A stretch of DNA of 64,000 bases, taken from NCBI RefSeq assembly GCF_964204645.1, contig NC_134033.1, forward strand, positions 392,131 to 456,130. The letters are read 5' to 3'. This DNA is from Tubulanus polymorphus. Lineage: Eukaryota; Animalia; Nemertea. This document shows, piece after piece, positions 40,716-51,701 of the stretch. The notes under the pieces are model-generated. The model saw nothing but the letters and a program-made list of their open reading frames with translations, was not told where the DNA came from and did not search any database. Numbering within the stretch: the stretch's first letter is position 1; every line of letters starts with the position of its first letter. The position numbers and the translations under genes are program-made.

Positions 40716-41988
40716 TGGGAGGTCAGATACAGTAACTCTGTGAGGTCAGATACAGTAAAACTGTGAGGTCAGATACAGTAACTCTGTGAGGTCGGATACA
40801 GTAAAACTGTGAGGTCGGATACAGTAAAACTGTGAGGTCGGATACAGTAAAACTGTGAGGTCGGATACAGCAACTCTGTGAGGTCAGATACAGTAACTCT
40901 GTGAGGTCAGATACAGTAACTCTGTGAGGTCAGATACAGTAAAACTGTGAGGTCAGATACAGTAAAACTGTGAGGTCAGGTACAGTAAAACTGAGGCCAC
41001 ATACAGTAAAACTGTGAGGTCAGATACAGTAAAACTGTGAGGTCAGATACAGTAAAACTGTGAGGTCAGATACAGTAAAACTGTGAGGTCAGATACAATA
41101 AAACTGTGAGGTCAGATACAGTAAAACTGTGAGGTCAGATAAGTAAAACTGTGAGGTCAGATACAGCAACTCTGTGAGGTCAGATACAGTAAAACTGTGA
41201 GGTCAGATACAATAAAACTGTGAGGTCAGATACAGTAAAACTGTGAGGTCAGATACAATAAAACTGTGAGGTCAGATACAGTAAAACTGTGAGGTCAGAT
41301 ACAGTAAAACTGTGAGGTCGGATACAGTAAAACTGTGAGGTCAGATACAGTAAAACTGTGAGGTCGGATACAGTAAAACTGTGAGGTCGGATACAGTAAA
41401 ACTGTGAGGTCAGATACAGTAACTCTGTGAGGTCAGATACAGTAAAACTGTGAGGTCAGATACAGTAAAACTGTGAGGTCAGGTACAGTAAAACTGAGGC
41501 CACATACAGTAAAACTGTGAGGTCAGATACAGTAAAACTGTGAGGTCAGATACAGTAAAACTGTGAGGTCAGATACAATAAAACTGTGAGGTCAGATACA
41601 GTAAAACTGTGAGGTCAGATACAGTAAAACTGTGAGGTCAGATAAATAAAACTGTGAGGTCAGATACAGCAACTCTGTGAGGTCAGATACAGTAAAACTG
41701 TGAGGTCGGATACAGTAAAACTGTGAGGTCAGATAAGTAAAACTGTGAGGTCAGATACAGCAACTCTGTGAGGTCAGATACAGTAAAACTGTGAGGTCAG
41801 ATACAATAAAACTGTGAGGTCAGATACAGTAAAACTGTGAGGTCAGATACAATAAAACTGTGAGGTCAGATACAGTAAAACTGTGAGGTCAGATAAGTAA
41901 AACTGTGAGGTCAGATACAGCAACTCTGTGAGGTCAGATACAGTAAAACTGTGAGGTCAGATACAATAAAACTGAGGCCACATACAGT
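40716..41988 (+). repeat. 23-bp minisatellite, ~55 copies
   Basis: Unit ctgtgaggtcagatacagtaaaa with recurring variants (aactct, gtcgg, caata, ctgaggccac). Confidence 0.97.
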
Positions 41989-42015
41989 ACAGAGTTGTAA
42001 GTTGACAGTTTATAG

Positions 42016-43075
42016 ATGAGAGCTCGCGTATTGAACTGTGTTGTTAGAGTCTGTGTACACGTGTGGAGGACGTGCTACAGTCGTTTCTTCAACAGACACC
42101 CTCGGTTATTTCTCACAGGGACTTGTCACAATTGATAGTGAATAAATAAAACCAGTATCGATGACAGACCCCAGTATCCATGTATGATAAAAAAAACACG
42201 GATGGCAACTAATCATCAATCTGAAAATGACTTCTCCGCTTCAATCGATTGTAATTCCAAAAATCCTCAACCGATTCACATGATTACTGCCATTTTTGCT
42301 GTCCACCATAGAATCTGTACACCTCCATTTTGAGCTATCTCCCGTAAATAAACGCCGATTTCGTTTGTGAGATATTTGTCGTAGAGTGATCGTTATAGGC
42401 TCGTTGGAAGCAGAAAGTCTTCTTGTTTGTATTAAAGCTAATTTCAAAACTGGACGCAGAGAGTCGCAAGAAGCTGGATGAGATTTACTCGGAGATGCAG
42501 CGAGCTGAACAGGATGAGTTGAACAAACTGAGATCTGACAGCGAGAAAGAGTTGAACTATCAAGTGCGACTGATGAAAACGACCATGGAAAAATAGAACG
42601 CCGAATTCAAACGAGAGCAACAGCAGAAAACCGCAGCGGAATCTAACAGTCAGAAACTCAAACAGGGTATGTTTTTAAAGAACTGATTCATTCTGACTGG
42701 CTCTCTTTGACTGGCTCACAGGGACTTGCCACAATTGATAGCGAGTGAATAAAATCAGTATCAATGACCAACCCCAGTATCAATGACCAACCCCAGTATC
42801 AATGACCAACCGCAGTATCAATGACCAACCCCAGTATCAATGACCAACCCCAGTATAAATGACCAACCGAAGTATCAATGACCAACCCCAGTATCAATGA
42901 CCGACACCAGTATCAATGACCGACTCCAGTATCAATGTATAATAAAAAGATTATTTTTTATCATACAGGGATACTGGGGTCGGTCATTGATACCGGTTAT
43001 ATTCATTCACTATCGATTGTGACAACCTAATGGTTATTTCTAGGGCAGGCGACATCGAAAACTGGAGACGGTTGA
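42016..43075 (+). pseudogene. Possible relic of a spliced coiled-coil protein gene (3 phase-compatible exons, two TAG stops)
   Basis: Candidate exons 42016-42104, 42438-42666 (LISKLDAESRKKLDEIYSEMQRAEQDELNKLRSDSEKELNYQVRLMKTTMEK*NAEFKREQQQK...), 43044-43075, with AG/GT ends. TAG at 42045 and 42594. No family recognised. Confidence 0.35.
42717..43027. mobile_element. Palindromic (foldback/MITE-like) element with a 19-bp internal expansion in one arm; solo arm at 42115-42197
   Basis: Left arm ttgccacaattgatagcgagtgaataaaatcagtatcaatgaccaaccccagtat... with ~9 x agtatcaatgaccaacccc. Right arm 42954-43027 is its reverse complement. Confidence 0.75.
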
Positions 43076-43417
43076 CCTTAATTTCAAAGAATTTTATTAT
43101 GTAATTTGTGCATATAAAAACTGGTTCGATAGACGACACGTGATACTAACCCAGACAAACGTGTGCGGAGTCGTATGATTTAGTACTAACTATCCAGGCA
43201 CACAGTTTTAATCTACACTGGTAACCTGAACAACCTACTAGTATCCTGAACCTACTGGTAACCTGAACCTACTGGTAACCTGAACCTACAGGTAGGCTAG
43301 CGAAATGGATATAAATTTCAACGGTAGAAGAGTACTCGTGACAGGTGCGGGTAAAGGTAAGTATGAATTTAACACCACTAGGGGGCAGTATTTCAATGTA
43401 TCTGTAATTCTAGTTTG

Positions 43418-43680
43418 TCCCGCTAGGGGGGGGGGTATATCTATTCTATTTTGTCTATTGATATGTATAGGTCCCGCTAGGGGGCGGTATATGTATTCTA
43501 GTTTGTCTATTGACAGGTATAGGTCCCGCTAGGGGGCGGTATATGTATTCTAGTTTGTCTATTGACAAGTATAGGTCCCGCTAGGGGGCGGTATATTTAT
43601 TCTAGTTTGTCTATTGACAGGTATAGGTCCCGCTAGGGGGCGGTATATGTATTCTAGTTTGTCTATTGACAGGTATAGGT
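43418..43680 (+). repeat. 52-bp minisatellite in DCXR(+) intron 1 spanning the 3' splice site; carries a CTCF-type motif
   Basis: Unit gtataggtcCCGCTAGGGGGCGGtatatgtattctagtttgtctattgacAG; 4 full units plus 1 variant. Confidence 0.92.
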
Positions 43681-44981
43681 CGGTGTTGCGTGAAAATATT
43701 GGTTAAATGTGGAGCTTAAGTTGTGGCCTTGTCGCGTACACAATCTGACCTTGACTCACTGAAACAAGAGGTATATGACCTTCATACATTGAATGACGTC
43801 ACTAATCAAACCGTGTGATGTCATAAGGGGGATTTATGGAGGCCGCCATGTTTTACCGGAATGGTATATCCAGTATTTTTGATATTTCACAGTTTTCTGA
43901 TATTGAGACGATTTGTCTTGATTTGAGAGATTGGAAGAAGACACGTGACGCGATAGAGGGCGCTTTACCTATAGATCTATTGGTTAATAATGCAGCGCTG
44001 AAAAACCCGGATGGACCTCTGTTAAACGTCACTGAACAAAGTTTCGACGAGAAAGATTTGAGACAAACACACATCGCGTGTCACCCGAAATCCTGAAGTG
44101 TTAAATTGTGTTTTGATTTGATTTTATTTCTAGCACGATGAACGTGAACGTAAAATCAGTGATTAACGTAACTCAGGTAACACGTGATCAAACACTTACT
44201 TTTCACTTATTTAAACAGTCACGTGATCAAACACTTCTCACATATTCAAACAGTCACGTGATCAAACACTTCACACATATTTACATCAACAGAGATTGTT
44301 TTGTGAATTTTCTATAGGCCTATTTTGTTTTTTGAAGGTCGTTGCTAAGAATTTGATCGATCGTAAAATTCCCGGTTCAATAGTGAATATCTCCAGTATC
44401 CTGTCGACTCGGGATTTGAATATTCCCATGGATTCTTATTCGATGAGTAAAGCTGCATTGGACGCGATGACTCGACTTGGAGCGGTACAATTTGGACCGC
44501 ACGGGGTACGTACATTACCGGGGTATTTCAGCTATTGCCGGGGCTTGACTTTGAATCCGAATGTAACGTATGTAAATACCAAAATACCAAATCATTGGAA
44601 TTTAAAACTGAAATCAACTAATAAAACTGAATAGTGAGTTCTATCTAAGGTTTCGACTTGAAACAGCGCCAGCGCTTTAAGGGGTAACAACATTTTTGGC
44701 TCCGTTAAAAGAACGTTACGATTTGCCGGGTACTAGGCCTACTGTGTAAAACTGTTTTCAGATAAGGGTGAACTCTGTGAATCCGTGCACGACTAAAACA
44801 CAAATGGTTATCGATCACTTTATCGAAGGCCCGCCGGAAATGCGCAAAGCAATCGACGCTCAGGTGAAAAGAATACCTCTAGGCAAACTGGCAGGTGAGT
44901 TCACATCGCGTCATAGTGGCCGGAAAACTAAAATGTCATGTTGATGCCATTAGACGGCCAATGCGAAACTATGGTAGAAGA

Positions 44982-45155
44982 TTTCTATCTGTCACTGTTT
45001 CTATCTGTCACTGTTTCTATCTGTCACTGTTTCTATCTGTCACTGTTTCTATCTGTCACTGTTTCTATCTGTCACTGTTTCTATCTGTCATTAGTTTCTA
45101 TCTGTCATTAGTTTCTATCTGTCACGGTTTCTATCTTCTATCTGTCATTATCTGT
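44982..45155 (+). repeat. 16-bp tandem repeat in DCXR(+) intron 6
   Basis: Unit tttctatctgtcactg, ~10 copies. Confidence 0.92.
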
Positions 45156-45430
45156 CACGTCACGGCTATGTGACAGCTCTTTACTCGGTTTGTCAATTTG
45201 ATGTATATATTTCACAGAGGAACAGGACATGGTTGATATGATAGTGTATTTGTTGAGTGACCGATCTAAGATGGTTAACGGTCAGTGTATCTACGTCGAT
45301 GGAGGATTCACAGCTACTTAATTCAAGAGGTTTTACATTGTGTTTCAACCTTATGTAATAATTGAGTAATAAATAGGCAAAATATTTCAAAATTTGGTCT
45401 TGGTTTGATAGTCGTAGTTTCCCATTCACC

Positions 45431-45817
45431 GAGAGGTGGCGCTCCAGCCTGGTCGCGGAGAGGTGGCGCTCCAGCCTGGTCACGGAGAGGTGGCACTCCA
45501 GCCCGGTCGCAGAGAGGTGGTGGTTCTCCAGCCCGGTCGCGGAGAGGTGGCGCTCCAGTCCGGTTGCGGAGAGGTGGATCTCCAGTCACGGAGAGGTGGC
45601 GCTCCAGCCTGGTCACGGAGAGGTGGCGCTCCAGCCCGGTCGCGGAGAGGTGGTTCTCCAGCCCGGTCGCGGAGAGGTGGTGGTTCTCCAGCCCGGTCGC
45701 GGAGAGGTGGCGCTCCAGTCCGGTTGCGGAGAGGTGGATCTCCCGTCACGGAGAGGTGGCGCTCCAGCCCGGTCACGGAGAGGTGGCGCTCCAGCCCGGT
45801 CGCGGAGAGGCGGAGCT
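45431..45817 (+). repeat. 27-bp GC-rich minisatellite between the DCXR(+) and transporter 3' ends
   Basis: Unit ggagaggtggcgctccagcccggtcgc, ~14 copies, with a duplicated variant block. Confidence 0.92.
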
Positions 45818-46048
45818 CTAAAGGAACGGAAAAAATGTTAACCGACAACTTGAGACAAGAATGATACATTTAGAGATTTACCGAATTTATCCCAAATGAC
45901 AAAAATACAGACTCTACAAATATTTACGACAGTTTTCGATTCTTTTTCAAAGTCATCGAATTCAATATCACCGGGTTATATCTTATTCCATCTAGGTGGA
46001 ACTAGAGATTAGCAAGAGCTCCTCTAACTCGAATCTGTTTAATGTTTG

Positions 46049-47419
46049 TTACAGATCACGTAGAGCTAGTGAGGTGAACATGTAACAGAAGTGGATTACT
46101 CCGAGCGTTATAAGTATAGCGGGGTAGCCGACGAATGGTTGGACGGCTCCGGCTAATATAGTCAAAACGATACTGGTGACGCGACACATCAACAAATCTA
46201 CGGCAAAAAGCGTCTCGTAGTTACCGTGGAATTTCTGATCGGTAATGTCTGACAACCAAGAGTGGAAGAACGCTCCTAGTAAACTGAACGCCAGCGTGCA
46301 CAGACCATCCGGAATACAAGCCTGCCAGATATTCCCGATAAACGGGTACGTGAATGCCGACGTCGCGGCCAGAAGGCAATAGATCAAACCGTAAATCCAG
46401 CGGTGGCTGCGAGTTTTAGAAACGATACAGCCGAATATATTCGTGCTGAAGACGAATAAGATAGCTGATGTGAGACGGACTGTGGCCAGTTGCCAGTAAT
46501 CAGTAGCGACGTGTTCAATTATCCAAAACGGTACCAAACTAAAATAGACACTGCAATAAACATCAGCGATCGTATTAAACCCCAGTAATATCAGAGTTTG
46601 AGGATCGGTCAGCATCGCTTTCACTAGACTCAGTTGAAACGGTTTTTCGATCGCGTCGGAATTCATCGCATCGTCGCTACGATTATTGTCGATTCTAACG
46701 GCGGCGCGGATTATCGTCGTTAATCCCAGAGCCGAAAACAGGATCCAGAACGGGGCCGAACGCCCGATCGATTGGATCACGTATAAACACACCGAATAGC
46801 CCACAGCTGCGCCTGAGAATCGACAGCTATATATGATAGCTAAAGCTATGATTCGGGTGTCTGGGTTTCGATCGTAAGCGACTGAGACCATCGTAAGTCC
46901 GGAGTTTAGAATGAACGCGACGGAGACGCCGATGAGCGAGTAGGACGCGGCTAGGATCCACCAGTAAATCGGGAACACCGATACCAGTGTAGCTACGAGT
47001 CCGGTAATCAGGCCGCACCAGAACGGATTCACATACCCGTATTTATACGTCAGTCTACCGCAGAGGATATTCCCGATTATCAGCCCGAAATGATAAGCGG
47101 ATTGAGTCGTGCCTATTTTAACCGCGATTTGCTGATCATCGGGAGACGTTTGGTTACCGGCGGCAGTTTCGTGAAGTAAATCGGTAGTAACCGTTAAGAT
47201 AGTCCCGGCCGTTAATTCAACTATGAGTAAAGCGGCACTAACGATAGTTACTATCAGTACAGGACTACATTGACGCTGGCAGTTACAGCTGCTATCCGTC
47301 TGCTGGTGTCTGTCAGGTGACGATATCGTATCCGATATAGTCCCGTAATATTCATCGCTAGTCGATGAATTGTCTTCTATCAAACTCTCTTTCATCCTAT
47401 CAGTTTTCTGTCGAGACAT
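46049..47419 (-). CDS. Intronless MFS transporter, divergent SLC18A (vesicular amine/acetylcholine transporter)-like
   Basis: ~456 aa from ATG 47419 (the ORF-track start at 47455 is TTG), about 12 hydrophobic segments. Blocks align by eye to VMAT/VAChT: IVSAALLI, NILCGRLTYKYGY, GLTMVSVAY, IGRSAPFWIL, MLTDPQTLILLG, HRWIYGLI, YETLFAVD. Confidence 0.85.
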   Translation of the reverse strand: MSRQKTDRMKESLIEDNSSTSDEYYGTISDTISSPDRHQQTDSSCNCQRQCSPVLIVTIVSAALLIVELTAGTILTVTTDLLHETAAGNQTSPDDQQIAVKIGTTQSAYHFGLIIGNILCGRLTYKYGYVNPFWCGLITGLVATLVSVFPIYWWILAASYSLIGVSVAFILNSGLTMVSVAYDRNPDTRIIALAIIYSCRFSGAAVGYSVCLYVIQSIGRSAPFWILFSALGLTTIIRAAVRIDNNRSDDAMNSDAIEKPFQLSLVKAMLTDPQTLILLGFNTIADVYCSVYFSLVPFWIIEHVATDYWQLATVRLTSAILFVFSTNIFGCIVSKTRSHRWIYGLIYCLLAATSAFTYPFIGNIWQACIPDGLCTLAFSLLGAFFHSWLSDITDQKFHGNYETLFAVDLLMCRVTSIVLTILAGAVQPFVGYPAILITLGVIHFCYMFTSLALRDL

Positions 47420-48349
47420 TTTATTTATCTGTTCGTTATTACGAGACTTACACAATCGATATGGGTAACACTTATAATGTGATTCCTTTTACGTCAGGCT
47501 TTATGGTATAGGCTAACATAGATCAACGAAATACTGGTTTTCAAAACTCGAAAGTTGGAAAAAATTTTGATACAACAAGAACCTTTAAAACCTTGAAAAC
47601 AATAACGCATAGGTATATTGCATATAACACTGTGACCCGCTTTACGTCAGGATTTATGGTATATCAACGAAATACTGGTTTTCAAAATTCATAAGTTGAT
47701 TTAGGAAAAAATATTATACAAAAATTAGTCTAGCATTTATGTAAAGGTCTTTCTATAAAGAAGGATTGATATTGAGTGTATTCACGCCACCCAGACAGAT
47801 AGACATTGGTGGGGCGTCGGAGGACTGGAAATAATCTATAAACTCCCCTGGCTCCCCTCCCCTCCCTTCGAATTTTCAAAAATTGCTCGAAGGTTACAAT
47901 TTCTAGAGATAACAAAATCGCTGACCACAAGAGGATTTCTTTTAGGCCTAATGATATTTATAATTGTCGAAATTCTGATATATAACAGTAATATTGTTAA
48001 TAGTGTCGGAATGATGATAAAAGCCTGAGATACTAATAGCTAAACACTTACTATAGGTAGAATTAATGAGAGGTCACGGGGACGAGCAGAAAAATGGAGA
48101 CTGCGAGTGGCTTTGAGCTGACGATATAAAGAGTGTCCAAATTTACATGGGTTTTATCAAACATAAAAATACCATTGAACAAAATACAAATACCACAAGT
48201 AGGCATGACAAAAATTACATTCGAATGATGAATTATTGGGCGGTGTCCATGGGCGCTGTTCATTGGGCTCCATCCATGGGCGCTGTCCATCGGGCTCTTT
48301 TAGGGTGACAAGGGGTATCTGTATATGAAGCCTGCAACCTGAAATACTA

Positions 48350-48527
48350 GGCCCAGTTCCACTGATGGTTGAAATAAGATCAGGTTCAAATTTCAAATCA
48401 ACTGATTTTGACCAAAATATATTCTATAAAATCTAATTGAACGAGCAATATCCAAGCAATAACTATCAATCATAACTATCTGTAACTATCTGTAACTATC
48501 TGTAACTATCTGTGGAACTGGCTCCCG
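48350..48527. mobile_element. MITE-like element of the cagttccac/gtggaactg family with an internal 10-bp repeat
   Basis: ggcccagttccac ... (taactatctg)n ... gtggaactggctccc. Confidence 0.5.
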
Positions 48528-48919
48528 TAAAATTGTCCTACCTGACTATCTCTTCTCACTTTCTTTACGGCAGTTTTTTATCAATGCCCTGTTGAATCAA
48601 CCAGTACTCAGTGAGCCAAATTTCGTGTTGCGAAAATATCTTCCAAACGAAAACGCTTTGCGTGAAATGTTTTTAGTTTTATGTAAGTCCAAAGTGAACC
48701 CGTCAGTATTTAAATGTCATCACCGTTTAGAAAAGTTGATTTCGTCCTGAAAAAAAAAGAATAATCACATCAGAATTTTTGAAATATAACCCGTGAAATC
48801 TGGAGAAGCCATGACGAGAAGTTTGTCGACGCTAGGCGGTGACAATTCGGGTGAAATAAGTTTGACTTCATGCTGGACTCATCTTAAACGAAAATATTTA
48901 TTTCAAAGCTCTCGTTGAC

Positions 48920-49085
48920 AGAGGGGACACAGGGCACAAAGGGCACGAAGGAGACAGGGCTATAGGGCACATAGGCACACAGGGCACAAATGAGACAGGG
49001 CTACATGGCACATAGGGCCACAGGGCACACAGGAGACAGGGCTATAGGGCACATAGGTACACAGGGCTACAGAGGGCCACTACAG
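48920..49085 (+). repeat. Degenerate gggcaca(t/c)a-type short tandem repeat
   Basis: Repeated gggcacatagg / gagacagggcta blocks. Confidence 0.8.
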
Positions 49086-50618
49086 GCCGGTCTAGGGGTT
49101 GCGGCGTGTGCGAGGAATTCTAGCATCGAATTGTTTTAGTTGCCACGAGTTACGCGCGTGAAGGTATTCATGTCGCGAGGGGTAACGGACCTCACCCTCC
49201 TCTCGCTAATAGCAACTAGATTCCATTTGTTGAATTAAACACGGGCTCAATAGATTAATATCTCAACATCAAACAATAAAGTTGATGAGTTTATAATCAG
49301 ACGGTGGTTCCAGTCAATTAATGATCAAATTCAATGATTTTTGATTCTAAATAAAAGCGAGAAGCCTCCGTTGATATTCACTAACCTCCTGTTTTAATCG
49401 TTTAATCCCTTAATTACCGGATAATCCCGCTTAATCCACGAGCTATAATGATTAATCACTGATGAATGAACTTTGAACTTCGAACTGACATCGACACGGT
49501 TCCGATTGTTGCGTTGCTAGGTTACGGGAGGCGGTGACGACACGAGCAGCGCTCGGGTCGCGACGATCCCGTCGCAGTGGGATTCGAAAGTTCGAAATTG
49601 ATTTCAAAAACACATTTCGACAACACTAATTCAACTTTGGACATATTTTTTGTAAATTTCAAGAATGAATAGAAGGCAGATTCGGTCTCAGTGTAGATTA
49701 TTTAATCATTAAAAAGTTAATCAGTTACTGAGTAATGGCTGTAGTGTATTCAAAACTTGACCGACAGACCGCCCCGTACACCCTTCGCTAAAGCCCGACC
49801 CCTGTAACTCTAGGATACCCCCAAGTCTCCGGCAACACGTACATAATCGCAGTTTGTTGCCGAGAAGCGATTAGAACTGCGCAACCTACAACAATAGGTC
49901 TGCCTATACCTCACTAGTGAAATGTATTAAATAATTATACTTACTAAGTTCCGTTTATTGCCTGTTGCTAAGATGAGGCATTCCGAAGAAGAGTCCATGA
50001 AGTTTATCTGTGTTGGTGAGGGGTCTCAGTGAAGGCTGAACCATGAGAATATATTTGGCCCCTGATTTTGTTGGGCAGCACGAATGCGCCCAGCGGAACC
50101 CAGATTGTTTGGAGTTGTCTATATTGTGTTATCCTCGGCGTTTTGACGTCGAGGTCTTTCAGATACTGAAGCCTCATCGATCAAAATACCCGTCAGATGA
50201 TTCCAAACAGCAGCAGCAGTTTGTTAAACCCATGTGGTGTCGTCCAAGACGTAACACATATAGTCGCCGGCCAATCATTGGACAGGTTCGAGAGAGAGAG
50301 CGAATGTTAGGTGAAATGCGGTCAGCCATTGTGGAAAATGTTCGACTTGTTTTACACGAATTCGGGTCATCTTCTCGTTTGAATACGTTCACATAAAACA
50401 CAATAGATTTGACCTCCATCCCAACCAACAATATGTATATCAAAGTGGATATTTACTGGACATATCATATTGTTTATAACTTCAAGATTTTTCACATATA
50501 AATGTTTACACCCCAAGCACAATAGGACCAGGACCGGTGTAACAACATAGGACCGGTCTAACATAGGACCGGTGTAACGCCATTCTTGGCTGTGCACGCC
50601 CTCCCCCCGTTTTCTGTT

Positions 50619-51701
50619 CTATTTAGAATCACACAGATAATTTATCAGTAAAATCTGTTTAGCTCTTTTTCTAAAGGCGCCGTTTGTTGCGCAATAAACG
50701 AAGAAATTTGCGGATGAGTCTAAAACACTGAGCAGAATTCCTACTTTACGCATGATCATTTGTTTATCTAAAGGTAAATTATGATGCAATCCATACACCC
50801 TTTTGAAGTTAACTAACATACGGTCCAGTGATGCGGGAATTTCACAGATAAAAAACAGAAATACAATTATAAGAACCAGTTTTAATATTTTGAGTTCGGT
50901 AGATTTGTCACCGGGCGCCGCCGCGTCCGCGTGAAATTGTTTCTTTCGATTTAGTTTTCTAAATATCATAATTCCGAACAAAGTTAGATTTATCACAATT
51001 AGAAAAATAAAAGGTACAAGAACAGTCATGAAAATATAGGAATTCTGAATGTATTTCTCTGAAGCACTAAGCTTATAATTAAAAGGTGTTCGATATGTTT
51101 TCGCTCCAAAAGCTCCCATTGTATATAAACGTAGCAAACAGAGTCGTGTGGTCCTTCCTGGTAAACGTTGAGGAAAATAATACGGCCAGTAACAAACAGC
51201 GGAAGAAAATGCGTTTAAAACCGACAGAAAGATGATCTGTTTTTTGTTCCAGAATCGCCTGAAATACAGCGGACTCCCGACTACCAGAAGTCTTTCAAAA
51301 TTGATTATAACTACGGCCCAATTTTTTGCCATTTGAAACGTATGAAACAGTGGTAGAACCCAAATTATAATTTCGCGTCCAAAAAGCCAATCATCGAAAC
51401 GGCCGAGAACACTCGTATTTTGTAGATTATGGATAATCAATATTCGAAGTGGATAAAGAAGAAACACTGAAAATAGAAACAGTAAATCAAACCAGGCGAG
51501 AATGATTATAGTTTGATAAGTGGAGCGACCTATCTTTGTGAATACTAGAATAGAAGCAGAGTTTAGAAACATTCCGCAAACTGTAGCCGGAAAATATCCG
51601 TACAAGTAAATACTGTAACTGAAAACGTGTTTCCATCGTTTTGGTGGAAACCAGTCGATGCATATGCTAACTGTAGTCGTGGTGATTGTGGTAGAATTCA
51701 T
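50619..51701 (-). CDS. Intronless class A (rhodopsin-like) GPCR, FMRFamide/peptide-receptor-like or chemoreceptor-type
   Basis: 360 aa from ATG 51701 (ORF-track start is GTG). Seven hydrophobic helices, N-terminal NST sequon, TM1 GMFLN, TM2 LAWFD, TM3 FERLLVV, TM5 LVPF, TM6 FFICEIP, TM7 SANFFVYC, helix 8 FRK. Confidence 0.88.
   Translation of the reverse strand: MNSTTITTTTVSICIDWFPPKRWKHVFSYSIYLYGYFPATVCGMFLNSASILVFTKIGRSTYQTIIILAWFDLLFLFSVFLLYPLRILIIHNLQNTSVLGRFDDWLFGREIIIWVLPLFHTFQMAKNWAVVIINFERLLVVGSPLYFRRFWNKKQIIFLSVLNAFSSAVCYWPYYFPQRLPGRTTRLCLLRLYTMGAFGAKTYRTPFNYKLSASEKYIQNSYIFMTVLVPFIFLIVINLTLFGIMIFRKLNRKKQFHADAAAPGDKSTELKILKLVLIIVFLFFICEIPASLDRMLVNFKRVYGLHHNLPLDKQMIMRKVGILLSVLDSSANFFVYCATNGAFRKRAKQILLINYLCDSK

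Larger units (their letters stand above)
43305..45321 (+). pseudogene. DCXR: DCXR-like (L-xylulose/dicarbonyl reductase, classical SDR) pseudogene, 7 exons
   Basis: Exons 43305-43356, 43673-43770, 43893-44050, 44134-44176, 44338-44505, 44762-44894, 45218-45321. Motifs GRRVLVTGAGKGIG, DLLVNNAA, YSMSK, VDGGF. In-frame TAA at 43717-43719 (AAA in the paralogue) and exon-3 donor GA at 44051-44052 (GT in the paralogue). Confidence 0.9.

Noticed and set aside
40716-41988. CRISPR-like appearance of the long regular arrays (also 61671-62330)
   Set aside because: Head-to-tail units with no unique spacers, no cas genes, eukaryotic spliced context.
45193-45869. Multiple Arg/Gly/Pro-rich ORFs on both strands
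   Set aside because: Translations of the 27-bp GC-rich minisatellite.
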